NCBI GenBank assembly: GCA_964270895.1 | Contig: OZ185437.1 | DNA: 64,000 nt | Source: Podarcis filfolensis | Taxonomy: Eukaryota | Strand: one strand, 5' to 3' | Shown here: one piece after another, positions 13,301-26,100 of the stretch | Layout of the letters: each line of letters starts with the position of its first letter | Position numbering within the stretch: position 1 is the stretch's first letter | Translations under genes and position numbers: made by a program | The notes under the pieces: generated by a model | The model's input: the letters and a program-made list of their open reading frames with translations, nothing else | Database searches by the model: none | What the model was told of the DNA's origin: nothing

Positions 13301-14299
13301 TTGTTTTGTGATTACCACATTAGAAAAAAAGAAGCCTGGTTGCTTCCTTCTGCCATCACTCACCTAGGGCTCGTCCCAGTTGTCCCATGCCTAGAAAGCA
13401 TGAGTGCAAGAGAGTTTCCTGAGAAAACCTGCTCTTTAGTGCTGAATTGGAGCAAATGTCAATCTGCAGAAAACCTGATTAATGTTTTCTCCGATTCAGC
13501 AGCAAAGATTGGGATTTTCCAGGGCAAAGCAGTGGGAGAAGCAGAAGTGTGGACAAGCCTTGAGCTATTCAACAACTGCTCCTGTCTAAGCAAAATAAAC
13601 ATTCCATCTATGCTTTATAATAGCTTTGGAAGTACTTTGTTGTACCTTCTGGGAAGCATACATACAAAATAATGGCAGAAACAGGGTGAATGTCACAGCG
13701 TTCCATATATTCTGTGTTACTAAATACTAATAGGGCATACTGAATAGGATTAAAAAAATAATAATGTAGCATTTAAAATGTCAGCTGGAATGGGTATCAG
13801 ATTTAGAAAGGATTACAAGCGCAGTATGCAAACAAACAGAAAATCAGGAATTTGTCATTAAACAACAAAAAATAAAACTTCAGATGGCTGAACATACACA
13901 TGGAAGCCAGACCCTTTTCCAGGGTGACATCAGAAAGACATGGAACTTTGCTTATTATAATATCCCATCTCCCCCCCCCTTTTTGTTTGCTTTTCTTCTT
14001 TTGAAGTTGCAGCTGTAAGCTGTGTGCATGCGTATGTACTTTAACAACTATTCGTCCAAAATTTGGGCAAGTGAAAAAATGATACTCACTCAACATTAAT
14101 CTCATCTCTCAAAAATGATTTGGAAGATTTGGTCAACTGAAAGTAGGAATGTAACTAAGTCATATGCTAAGTGTTCTGCCTTGCCCACTAGATCCTGAGG
14201 TCTTCTAGAGGGTCCTGCAGCAGGACCCTCTAGCAGATCTCCACACTGCCAATGATCTTAGGAGATGTTGGATCTGGACTGCTGAGGCTGCTGAAGAGG

Positions 14300-14625
14300 C
14301 CAGACACCATCTTGGCTCTGCAACCTGCAAGACCTGCTCCCTGCCTTGCACGCCTTTCCCCATCTGGTCCGGAAGGGTGCTGTTGTGAGGTTCTGTTGCT
14401 GCTGTTAATGCTATTTTTGCATCTTTATTCTGATCTTATGATTTATGTGGAAATTGTTCAGTCTGGCTGTACACTTTTTGATGCTTTGTTGATTGCTTAT
14501 GACTACTTTTTCTATGCTTGTAGGTAAGTAATCTTAAAAGTACGTTGCAAGCCACCTTGAGCATGGTTTTAACTTTGGAAAGGTGACATACAAATAAAAT
14601 GATAGATTGATTGATTGCCACCCCT
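14300..14625 (+). mobile_element. L2-like LINE 3' end remnant
   Basis: T-rich 3' UTR ending gcaagccaccttgagcatgg...ggaaaggtgacatacaaataaa followed by (gatt)n. Confidence 0.55.
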
Positions 14626-16025
14626 GCCCCTGGACTGGAGGCCATCATAGCAGCTGCCTGGGTTCTGGGCCACTTCTCAGACCCCTACACCTCACATCTG
14701 CCATAGGGTCACAATGCTCATTCAACTCAATGGACTTAAGTTACTGGAATTAATTTATTTCAATGGGTCTAGCCTGACTTAGATATCACCCTATAAATTT
14801 ATTGTGAAAGAATCAGAATCCATCTTGAGCATAATCTTTTTAAATGCTTTTAGAACCTTCAGCTGTTGATCATCTTCAGTGTTCTTAGTTACTTTGAGCC
14901 TTTGAGGATAAAGTGGGTTGTAAGTCAAAATAAATAAATAATCTTGGAAGTTTAAAAGGCATAGCCAAGCTTGCAACAAAGAGAAAATCCATCAGATCAA
15001 AGGACCCATAAACAAATAAGAAAGATTTGTGATATTCAGCTGAACATTTTACAGACAACTTGATTTTATGGAGCTGTGAGAGCTTTGAACAGGTAGCAAA
15101 TGGTTAGAATGCAAAACTTCACATCACTTTTTTTTGGGGGGGGTCCTTTTCAGAAAAAAAAGTGATGCAATTTGCATCAAGCAAGATGCAGGGCAGGCCA
15201 CAGAATAATAAGTAGGTACTGTCTATCATTCAAGATAAGAAACAGTGCTCCCATTAAGTATCAAATGCTGTGGCTGCCCCTTTGGCTTCCGATCAATCAT
15301 GCTCTCAAACTGGAGCCCCTTTGTGTTTTGCACGCTGTTGGATTTGGCATTACTAATACGTTCCTGTGTCAAAAAGCCTAGTTACCCATGGTAACAAGAT
15401 TTTTGAGAGTCTCTTTTTAATGAGACTCTACTATGAATCTAAAAATTATGTTTAAGTAGCATCTGCTAGCCTGTTCCAGGGCAGATAAAATATTTTGGCA
15501 ACTTGTTCTTGGCCCCTGTCAGAGGCACAGAATTTTGCACTGCCTGCCTGCCTGCCTCTATTTAAAAGTATTTATATGCAACCCAATGAGGAAGTTTTGG
15601 GAGCAGTTTACAACAAACACAAAAACAGATAAAAAATACAATAGAACAGGTCAACAGTAAATACAAAAACAAATAAAAATGCAACAGAACAGGTCTATCT
15701 GCTTCTCTTGCCACCCATCAATACATTTGCTACTCATTTTCACACTGTTTTTATGTGCTTTACTGCTAATCTGGAACAAAAGAATTTACACTGAATCTCT
15801 TTTGCCATTCTGTTGCCTTTCAGCCAGTTTAAGGTGTTCCTTTTGGAGCTTTTTGCACAAACCCCCAAATAATTTGGTGTCATTCACGAACATGGCTTCT
15901 GTGAACACTTGAATAGCCTACCAGCATACAAAGCTGTCATATACCATGTCAGACCACTTCTCAATACTAAATGAATGTGGCTTCTCAGAGCTTCAAACAG
16001 GGATTTCCCCCAGTCCTATCTGGGA

Positions 16026-16165
16026 TTTATTTATTACATTTATACCCCATGTTTCCTTCCTGGAGCTCAAGGTGGTATACATGGTTTTTTCTCTTCCCAT
16101 TTTATTCTCACAACAGCCCTGTAGGGCAGACTGGACTGAGAGACAGTGACTAGCCCAAGTGACTG
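16026..16165 (-). mobile_element. MIR/Ther1-derived SINE fragment
   Basis: tttatttattacatttatacccc...ctcacaacagccctgtaggg...gactagcccaag. Confidence 0.6.
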
Positions 16166-18486
16166 TCCCAATAGGTTGCCAATAGCATCACATGTGCTTG
16201 TGATAGTCATCTATGTCCTTACATGCATAGCCTCCTGCTACAGGATAATGTTGATGGGGTTAAATCGGGTTAGAAGGGGTACAAAATGGAAGGTTGAAAT
16301 AAAGAAATGATTCCTTTGGAAATTATGAAGAACACCTACTATGTCCAGACCCTCATCTGGAAGTTGCAGTTAGGATGGTTAAAAGGTCAAGCACACAAGT
16401 CAAAGGCCACTCATGACATCTGTTGATTTAAGAAACTTGCCAAAACTAGGTGGGTACAAATTACAGTAAATGATGTAAACTTGGTGAAAGACCAGTGCAA
16501 TTTTTTTGAACTTAGGAGGTCAACTTTTTTAGCCATGACAGCTGGTTGTAGTTACTGGCCATAAAACTGAATTGTGTTTCTGATCAGCATCTCAAATTCT
16601 CTCCCCCACCCCTTCTACCTAGCCAGGTTCAGAAGAAGTTTGCAACTTGGATGAGGTGGAATCTCCTTAAATTACCAACTACAGTGATTTACAGAGCAAT
16701 CAGAACCTCTGCCTGGAAGTGGCTGGCATTGATGAAACACAGTAGGTCACAGCTGCATCCACAGCCCCATCACTGGAACCAATCTGTGTGCCAATCAATT
16801 CCCAAAACACCCTGTTTCAGGCTTTTCCCATAGACTTCTGCCCACAGGGATACCACTAGCGGTAGCTTCCAATCCATGTGCCATTGGGGAAAGTGTATAG
16901 GGCACACTTCTTGCTGCCATGGCTCATGTGCTGGTGCCAGAATTCCCCCACCAGCAGCATGGCAGATTGGGAGGTGGGCTAGTTCTACCCATCCTTCCCC
17001 CACCCGCTAACTTGGCACTGAACAGGTGTTGAAATATACAGGAGAAACAGTTTCCAACTCATTCAGCTGCGTCTTAATACTTTAATCATGTGAACTAATG
17101 TGAAACTGTGGTACTTCATAATTTGTGGTTACATATTAAAAATGTGTGTCCTTGTTAACATATACTCCTGGTATCTGTTTATTATCTAGGTACCAGGATC
17201 AAAATGAAGTCTGTATCTAAGAATGGAGAAATAAAAATCTTCCTCTATCACAAAAGGTATTTGTGCCAGCCATATAAGAGCCCCTTATACCATCTTCAGT
17301 TGGCATATGAAGGGCAAAAGAGTAGTCGCCCCCCTTAGATTTCTGTCTAACAGAGGATACTCCCTTCTTCAATATCTATAAAAAGTATACAATTTGTAAT
17401 CTTCATATATTCATTTAAATAAAACAGATACCCAAGAAAACAATAAGAGAGGCACACACAATATTTTCGATAGGAGCTATTTAATAGTTTTAGTGAAGGA
17501 CTTGAGAATCTTAATTTTCATTACATGGGAGCTAGTATTTAAGAAAGCCTTGAGTGGTATACATAATGCATAGGCTGGGTTTTTTATTTTATTTTAGAAC
17601 ACTCAGGACATTAGTACTATATATAGGCAAACATCAAATGCATGGAATTGTGCCTCTGGCATCTGTGGAGTCCTGCAACTTAAGCAAACTAAAGCATGAT
17701 GCAAGTGCACATCTAGCCACAAGACATGTTTGCAGGCATAAATAAGTGTTGTTGGCTCCCTTAAGAAAATTGCATATACCTTGGGTCTCAAGATTTGTAA
17801 AATTTCGTAACTCATATGAACTTTTTGATTTATGTAACATATTTAGCTGGATAGGCATTTACTTTCAAAATAAAAGTAGCAGATTAAGAAGTTCAGAATA
17901 AGAAGCAAGTCTTTCTGTAATCTTATAACTTCTTTGGTAAACCCACCACTCCTCACAAAAACTGTGGAGTTACATAAAGCCATCTTTGCACAATGTGATT
18001 CAGAGATTACAGTAAGCCCGCAATTTACATGGGGGTTATGTTCTGGGAATCATGCCTAAAGCCAAAATCGCGTATAGTCAAAACACATTGGGTTCCATGG
18101 CAGGTGGGATTGCCAAAGTCTTTTCCCCTGGATGCCTGCCTCCTTTCAACACCCTTTTTAATTAGGTAAAATTGTTTTGCCAAGCACATAAACCTGAATG
18201 CACCCAAGTAAAATATGTGTACATTGCAGACTTACCGTACACCAAACTACCTGCCTAGATCCTATACATTTGCCTCAGCATGTTTGTATCATGCTAAACA
18301 GTCATAAATGTTGGCATGAGTTCCTGAACATTAATGAACAAGCACAGCAAGTCTTGGAATTCCATCGTATCAACTGAAGAAGCACAAGTATATCCAGCAG
18401 TATTAAAACAGCTGATGTTCAAAAACAGTATTTCTTAAACTTAACCAAAATGGCTTTTATTTGGGGGGTGGCAGGGGAAGCTGTTT

Positions 18487-18562
18487 CATCATCATCATTT
18501 ATTATTTATACCCCGCCCATCTGGCTGGGTTTTCCCAGCCACTCCGGGTAGCTTCCAACAAA
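18487..18562 (-). mobile_element. L2-type 3' tail fragment
   Basis: ttatttataccccgcccatctggctgggttttcccagcc; related plus-strand piece at ~29930-29987. Confidence 0.5.
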
Positions 18563-18944
18563 GATTTAAACTACACTAAAAATACATTTCAGTACTCCTA
18601 ATCAAATCCCATTTCAAGGGAACTTTCAAATAATCATGTTTCTATCCAAATTAGGGAAAACCATTTACGGGTTGATAGTAATTCTCTCCCCACACACAGA
18701 CATGCATGGATGACCAACCTAAGCCCTTTTTTTCCTTAAACTTCTCTATAGTAAATCAACATAACCAAGGCAGGACATAAAACAGAACTAAAGTTAAGGC
18801 AGCAGTTCAGATTTTTAGATGCTGAAAATATGATCCTATATTTCAAGGATCTTCACTGTTTTTAAAATGTGTGTACAAAAAAGAAAGCCTTAGCAAAAAG
18901 TGCTATCTTATAAATACATACATATATGTATCTTGATGGCATAC

Positions 18945-19028
18945 CTGTATCACATGATGCTTTTCATGTAGTGTAGGTATCTTAAACATTTGGCACCAAT
19001 ATGTTGTATCTTTGTCTGGTATAGGCAC
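18945..19028 (-). CDS. MOXD1: MOXD1 exon 4
   Basis: VPIPDKDTTYWCQMFKIPTLHEKHHVIQ; CAG acceptor, GTATGC donor, 84 nt; preceding intron only 133 bp. Confidence 0.96.
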
Positions 19029-19161
19029 CTGTCTTAATAAAAGGAAAAGGAAAGGCAAATATAATATAAAAGTATCTGATTTCTGCTCCCTGTACAGGTA
19101 GCTAACAGTTCCACCCATCTTACCCTGATACTTAATAAAAGCAAAACCCAAAGAAACTTAC

Positions 19162-19329
19162 GCCTTGGTTTGTCAAGTCAAAATACGGCAATGAGGGAGC
19201 GATAATAGCAGTCTTCTCTGGGTTCAATAAACGAAGACTCTTTGTCCCTCGATTTGAACCATGGTAATTTTGAATTCCTTCTCTAAAGTCTTTGTCATGG
19301 TATGCCCATATCACCCTCACTGTGCTTTC
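19162..19329 (-). CDS. MOXD1: MOXD1 exon 3
   Basis: ESTVRVIWAYHDKDFREGIQNYHGSNRGTKSLRLLNPEK...YFDLTNQG; TAG acceptor, GTAAGT donor, 168 nt. Confidence 0.96.
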
Positions 19330-19760
19330 CTAGAAAGGAAAAAGAAAAACTTTCCTGATTAAGTATGCAAGAAGATGTCTCAGTCAATCATGGCAGCTTA
19401 CCAGATGAATCTGCCCATCTATAACAGCCTTTCCTAATGATACCCTTCATATATTTTAGACTACAACTCTCATCAGTCCTCACCACCTGGCTAGGGTTGG
19501 TGAGAGATAGTCCAGAAAGATTCTTTAGTAAGGGATTGATAGCTGCATTTTACTCTTTTTGTAGTTCTATCACTCTGCACTTCATTTTGTTTTGTTTAAA
19601 TTTGCTGTTAAAAATAGTTTTGTCTGCTTTTTATACAGCCTATATATGATCAAAAAAGCAGTCTATAAATATTTTAAATTTTAAAAATCCAACATCATTT
19701 GTTTCACCTATCCTAAAGTGTTCTGTACTTCAGGCAATGCCTCCTTGTGGAATTGAGATA

Positions 19761-20002
19761 CAGTGGTACCTCTGGTTACGTACTTAAACCGTTCCGAAGG
19801 TCCGTTCTTAAGCTGAAACCATTCTTAACCTGAGGTACCACTTTAGCTAATGGGGCCTCCCGCTGCGTACGCGCCACCGGTGCACGATTTCTGTTCTCAT
19901 CCTGAGGTAAAGTTATTTACCCGAGGTACTACTTCCAGGTTAGCGGAATATGTAACCCAAAGTGTTTGTAACCTGAGGTGTTTGTAACCCGAGGTACCAC
20001 TG
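19761..20002. mobile_element. Tc1/mariner (Tigger-like) MITE, inverted relative to 5296 copy
   Basis: TIR cagtggtacctc / gaggtaccactg, TA TSD. Confidence 0.85.
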
Positions 20003-20285
20003 TATTCTGATGAGTTAATTATTCAGGTGCTGCCACCAGAATCTGTAATTAAACAAACTTCTATTAGGCATAGAGCTTTTCAGTGAGAGGGAAAAAAAGC
20101 TCAACAACTTTTCTGTCCGGATTTTCACATTTTGAAATATGGCAACCCTAGCATAGCATAATGATCCAAGAATGTGAAGCTCACAAATGGCTTGGTGTTT
20201 TTTTTGGCAGACTGTTTTATCTCTTCATTCATGATTTAAGTCTTACTCCCGTCTCTCTGAGCCAGATTGATCGTCAACTACTTAC

Positions 20286-20432
20286 TGTTATACTCTTGTC
20301 ATTGGGGTCACACGTGTGAAGTTGCCGGCTGAAAGCTAGTATCGTATGGGTACTATTTTCCATGGCATACTCCAGATGGTAGTCCTGCTGAGAGTCCTTT
20401 TTCAATGTTCTGTCTGCATTTGTAAAATAATC
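20286..20432 (-). CDS. MOXD1: MOXD1 exon 2 (DOMON)
   Basis: Manual translation DYFTNADRTLKKDSQQDYHLEYAMENSTHTILAFSRQLHTCDPNDKSIT; CAG acceptor, GTAAGT donor, 147 nt phase 0. Confidence 0.96.
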
Positions 20433-21006
20433 CTGTTGAAGAAACAAACCAGAAAATTATCCTGCTGTTACTTTTTTTGTTTTGCTTTAAATAATCTGAA
20501 CTCAACAACCTTTTGAGTTTTCTGGGAAAGAAGTGTAAAAGGATAAGTTGTAATTTTCTAAGAAAATATTTTATATTAGTAAACAGGAAAACATCAGAAT
20601 TTAGCCACCAGAATTTATTTTATAACTGTATGCATATATTTTTTTCTGCGCACCTTACAAAAGAGGGAAGGAAAGAGCAGAAAAGAAAACAAAGCAAATT
20701 TCCCAACATTGTCACCATGAAAACATGAAATACATTCTAATCAAAATAGTTACATTAAAGAGCCACGTGAAACATATTGTGCAGATGATACTTCTTTGCA
20801 TTGCATTTGTGGGTTAGAAGTGTATCCATTATGGTTTTGCTTTACATTCATAGAATGTATAAACTAACTTTTAAAAGTTTGTTGTTCAAGTGTATCTATT
20901 CCAAAGCCATCTTCTGTTTAATGTTTTAAAATCTAGGAAGAAAGTGTCTGCATTAATGAACAATCTAATACCCCAATCCTAAACCTATGTTCTTAGTTCT
21001 TTCTAT

Positions 21007-21628
21007 CAGTGGCGTAGCGTGGGGGGTGCAGGGGGGGCCGGTCGCACCGGGCGCAACATCTGGGGGTTAGGGTTAGGGGGCGCAAATCCACGGGTTAGGG
21101 GGCGCAAATTACTTGCCTTGCCCCGGGTGCTGACAACCCACGCACCACGCTGTGTATGCCCGCAGCCTGTGTTGGGGGGGTGAGTAACCGTCGCCCTCGC
21201 CTGCTGCCCTTGCTCACATTCACTCCGGTGCAAATCAAGCCCTGCTTCTGGGTAGGCCCAGACAGAGGGGGGGGGCATATGGGCCACTTGGCCCAGGCCT
21301 CCGATTCCAAAAGGGGCCTTGGTCAGCATATTCACAATTATTTATATACAGTGGTACCTCAGGTTACATACGCTTCAGGTTACAGACTCCGCTAACCCAG
21401 AAATAGTGCTTCAGGTTAAGAACTTTGCTTCAGGATGAGAACTTTGCTTCAGGATGAGATGTGGCGTGGCGGCAGCAGGAGCAGTGGCGTAGCGTGGGGG
21501 GTGCAGGGGGGGCCGGCCGCACCAGGCGCAACATCTGGGGGTTAGGGTTAGGGGGTGCAAATCCACGGGTTAGGGGGCGCAGATTACTTGCCTTGCCCCA
21601 GGTGCTGACAACCCACGCTACGCCACTG
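21007..21628. mobile_element. Composite hAT-type unit: two ~146-bp direct-repeat modules (21007-21151, 21482-21628) with cargo including half a mariner MITE (21349-21481)
   Basis: 17-bp perfect outer TIR cagtggcgtagcgtggg / cccacgctacgccactg; perfect 8-bp TSD ctttctat at 20999-21006 and 21629-21636. Confidence 0.85.
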
Positions 21629-21695
21629 CTTTCTATTTCCTTGGAACCTACTTCCTAGTCTACATATGGAAGGAACTTATTCATAACCAAGTTAT

Positions 21696-21763
<68 letters not shown>

Positions 21764-21768
21764 GGAGA
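21696..21768. repeat. Compound (TG)n(AG)n microsatellite
   Basis: Directly visible. Confidence 0.95.
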
Positions 21769-22784
21769 AATATTAAATAGGAATATGATATTGTTGTACA
21801 CTTTGTATGTGCCAACCCACAGGAATATTTTAATGTTTTTCTGAGGAAAGATTATCCTACTTCTCAATGTTAGCAGACATATGATATAATGCATAAGCTG
21901 CATTATAGTGTCATTAACCTCTTCACCTCTGAATTCTTTGTCATAATGTGCAGCTGGCTTTCTGACTCCTCTCTAGGTCACCATAAGTCCTGTGACTGAC
22001 TTAAAATTCTCTGATGCTAATTCACAAAAACCTTCCATAGACTTAGAGACCAGGACAGCAATGTCATCTAATTTTCTCTTCTTAGCTTGCGGGGGCATTT
22101 GTGCATTTGTTTCCTCTTTTGCTCAGAGTGAGTTTGCCAGGTCCACACTCCAAAATGAGGTGCTGAGTTAGCTGTAGCTACTATGCTTTCATACGCATTT
22201 TTCCAGCAGTTCTTTCTTTCTTTTTTAAAAAGAATTTTATTAGAGATACATGTAAAAGAAAAGGGGTGGGGGTGGGGCAGACAACAGACCAAATAAATAA
22301 ACAGAAACTAAACACAAACAATTTGGGTGGATAACCTAAGGTATGCATCGCCAAGAAAACCAGTATATATTAGTGGACAAACATTTCCAGTCCACAAAAG
22401 ATAAATCATGTAACAGATCAACAAAGATATTGACATTCAGTCAGTTCACTCACCTGCCTCCCGTACCTGCTATGAGGCAAAATATTCTGAGTTTACATGT
22501 TACCTTGAATTACTCTATTATCATGATCATCATAACAGCTTTGTGTAAGGAGTTATTCTCTGCGTATGATGTGGCACTGTGTGGCTCTGCATCACAGCGG
22601 CAACCCCCAGCACTGTATATAACTGTAGTCTGCCCTAACTACATTGGCAAAGATATATGAGAAGAACTATGATAATGACTCCTTGACTCCATCAGGATGT
22701 GGCTTGGCAACCCCAGGAAGGATAGGAAGATGGGTGGCGTGGGGGTGGGGGGCTGGAAGGTTGTGACCCAGAAATGAGGAAGGA

Positions 22785-23196
22785 GGTCCTCCCCTTTTGG
22801 CTCTAGAGGCCAGAGAGGGGAAAGTAGATTTGCTAGTTCTCTCCATCCCCCCCAATTGTGGACCAGGCACCACCTTTGTAGGTAAGATCACATGCACCCC
22901 CCAGACAGAGCAGACATGTGTACCTGTGGCAGACACACAGGACAAGACAGTCTTATGGCAGAGTTTGCCCTGCCTTATCTTTGAAAACTTGGCAGGAGGG
23001 GAATGTCAATTGTTGGGACATCTTCGTAGCTTCCATTTGCTTATGGACCTCTTGCCTTTCTCATGAACCTTGGAATCCTGACTTCTGGGACTTGCGCTTG
23101 CCACTGAGCTTGTACCACTATGAGCATGAACAGAGACATCTTCCTTATTCTGAAGTCACAGATGCTACCAGTGGGAGCCTGTCAATGGCAAGAACC
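22785..23196 (+). repeat. Copy A of a local ~0.4 kb duplicated segment (MOXD1 intron 1)
   Basis: About 11 mismatches over ~295 nt core versus 28599-28975 by manual count. Confidence 0.9.
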
Positions 23197-26100
23197 ATGT
23201 CAGCTCAAAATATTGTGTAACGAGAGCTTTAGATCCCTGCTGACCACATGTGATGTGCTGTTCATCCTGGATGTAGACTATATAATGAGAAAGTTTAGCA
23301 TGTTTTGAAGTAACGATACTGCCGAAAATCAGCACTTTTTTTTTTAAGAAAACTACCGTAAGCAATTATTGGCTTGTGGGTGTAGTCAAACAATTAGATG
23401 TCTTTCATGCACTGGAAGTAATTTAGAAATTGAAGCAACACATGGTAAGTTGATTTTACGGATCATAAAAGATGAGGTATATAATTTCCTACAGATGAAG
23501 GCATTGATGATGAATTGCTCCTCACATGCTGTTGACCCTGCTCTCGCTCTCTCAAAAGGGATTTGCAGTTGATATGGTTTCTGATTAGTGCTATACAAAA
23601 TGGCAAGGAGAGTACTTTCTTATGGATGTAGTAAAAATATGTAAATAAGCCCTGTTTTATCCTTGAAGAATGTAAGCAGAACTGCACAAGGAACCTTGGA
23701 GGGGGGGAGGAATCACAGCTGTCATTCTATCCTTGAACAGGTGTTTTTATGGAGAAGATACCCTCCAACTACTTGACAACCTGCAATATATGTTGCCTCC
23801 TTTCCATTAGTAAAGGAAGTGAGAATAATATGTTCAACTACACTGGGGCACTCCAACACAAAGGGTCACAAGATTATTTGATAGCTTGATTATGCAATTT
23901 ACTGGGGCATATGGGCCATTATGCTTGTGAGATGTAAATTTTGTTCCACGTGAATGCAAATTATGGATGAGAGTTTTCATTCTGTACCACTCAAGTCAGA
24001 CTAGTACAGTGACTAGTGTGCCAGGTCCACATTCACATTTGGCACAAGTTAAGCTCTCAGCTTAATCCACATGGTTATGTTGTGAGGGTAAAATGTCAGT
24101 CTGAGATTCACTGGAAGGATTCAAATGTAATAAAGAACCAAAGAAAAAAAAATTGCTTCGGGCATTTTTAGGTGGGGAACCATTTAGAATTGGCAGGCTG
24201 ACATCATTTAACCTGGCTTTGGGGGATTATGCAGGTTTACAAACTAACACAACAGAGACCACACCCTGCCCCTCTGGCTGGGTTTCCCCAGCAGGGCTTG
24301 ATTAATTATAGCAGAGGGTCCCAACCAGGGCTATAGGTATTTTGTGTATCTGTGAAAAGGCTGAGAAGAGGGGGGTGTCTGTGAGGGATTTTATCTTACA
24401 AATAACACTTGTTTCTACACCTCATGGTAAAAGAATAAAACTTCAGAAATCGTGTCCTTTCTTCACAATTTGTTTCAGCCGTGTTCAAAACCTCTATCTG
24501 TACTCAACACTTCTTCAAAATGGCTGTTGAATTAATGCAGGTTTAAACACATGTTGAAAAGAAGCAGGTCTGCTGTGTGGAAGGCCAGTAAATATGGAGC
24601 AAGATGCCAACTACTATGCTTGTTCTGGTTTCTCAAGTGTGAATGCTCTTACACTACAAACGCACCCCATAGTTAAGTCAATACAGAGAGGCTTCGTACT
24701 GAAATGCCTCCAGCCAAACACCAGCTGACATATAAAGTATGTGTCACACTGACATATCTCCCCTTACTGCTTTTCTATTTGTTTTCTTAGCATTTCTTTG
24801 TTTATGTTGGCATGAGTGCATTTAAAAGAAGAATATGGTTCCGTTCACCATTTTCTCGATTTTCAAAATCTATTCTGATTGTTCCTCTGTAACATCTCAA
24901 AATTGATTGTATTTGATATATTCTTTGTTATGGGTGTCAGCTAACAAGCAAGGGTTATAATGAACACAGCGCTATCAAGTATTAATGAAGAGCTATTCAC
25001 AAAAGGATTTATGCCTCAAGTAAGGGCTATTTTTGTGCAAGAATTCAACAGAAGGGTTTGCAATGCAACGTTCTGTAGAACTTGCACAAAACAAGCATTC
25101 ATAAAGAAGGATTACCCTCTGCAAAAATGGATCTCACAGCTACTGCAGGCTGCGGGTGGGGACGCACAATTCCAGATAGGGGCGGAGACCACGGAGGAGG
25201 CAAGAAAATGCAAGCTGTGTCAATTCATGAGGAAAAAAGAGAGGGTCTTTCAAAAAGCTAGATGCAAAAATTAGAGCTGCCTTGAGCACTCTCATGGCAA
25301 GTAATCCGCCAAGAAACCCACTTTGGCACTATTGCAGTGGCAATATAACTACAAGTGCAGACAGACTGAGCGATTTCTCTGAGGCAGCACCAATCAAGTA
25401 TCTTCGCTTCACTGCACTGAGGTACATGTGCTTTTTCCATGCTTAAATGTATTCATAATAATAGCTCCACCCGTCTGCAGCTACTTTGCTGCCATTGGCC
25501 TACAAATATGTCTGTAGTGAGTGCTCTCTCTCTTTCTCTTTCTCTCCCCCCTCCCCCGCCACCTTAGCTCAACTCTCACTCTTTTCCCACCCCTCATAGA
25601 ACAGCTATTAAGCATGCTTGAGAGACCACTCTTATTTAGACACAAGTCTTGCACTTTCCAAATAGTTAGAGCTGGGTTCCCACTCTAATCTCTGAGCTCC
25701 TGGAATGCTCGGCCACTAATGCATCATTCCAGGCTCCCTCTCCACTCAACCACAGTTTTTGAAAGAATGTGTGGACCCTTTGTAAAGTTCTTTTTTGTCT
25801 CCATAACATAATTGCACCCTTCAACCTGATTGATCTATTTACAAGGAGTTAGTAGAAGCATCTTTCAAGTTCTGTTTCATCATACGAGATACTGAAGCAA
25901 AAGCCCCAGGTAACATCAAAAGGCACACAGAGAGATAATTATTTATGTTTTTTATTTTAAAGTTTTTCTGATCTCTAGTACTTGGCAAATATTTTCTTTT
26001 TTGGGTGGGGATGTGGGAAATCAATTCCTGGTAGGGCATTTTAAATTTTTAAAAGTCTGTGAAAAAAGAAAGCTCTGGCTTGTTTGTGTATATATGTGTG

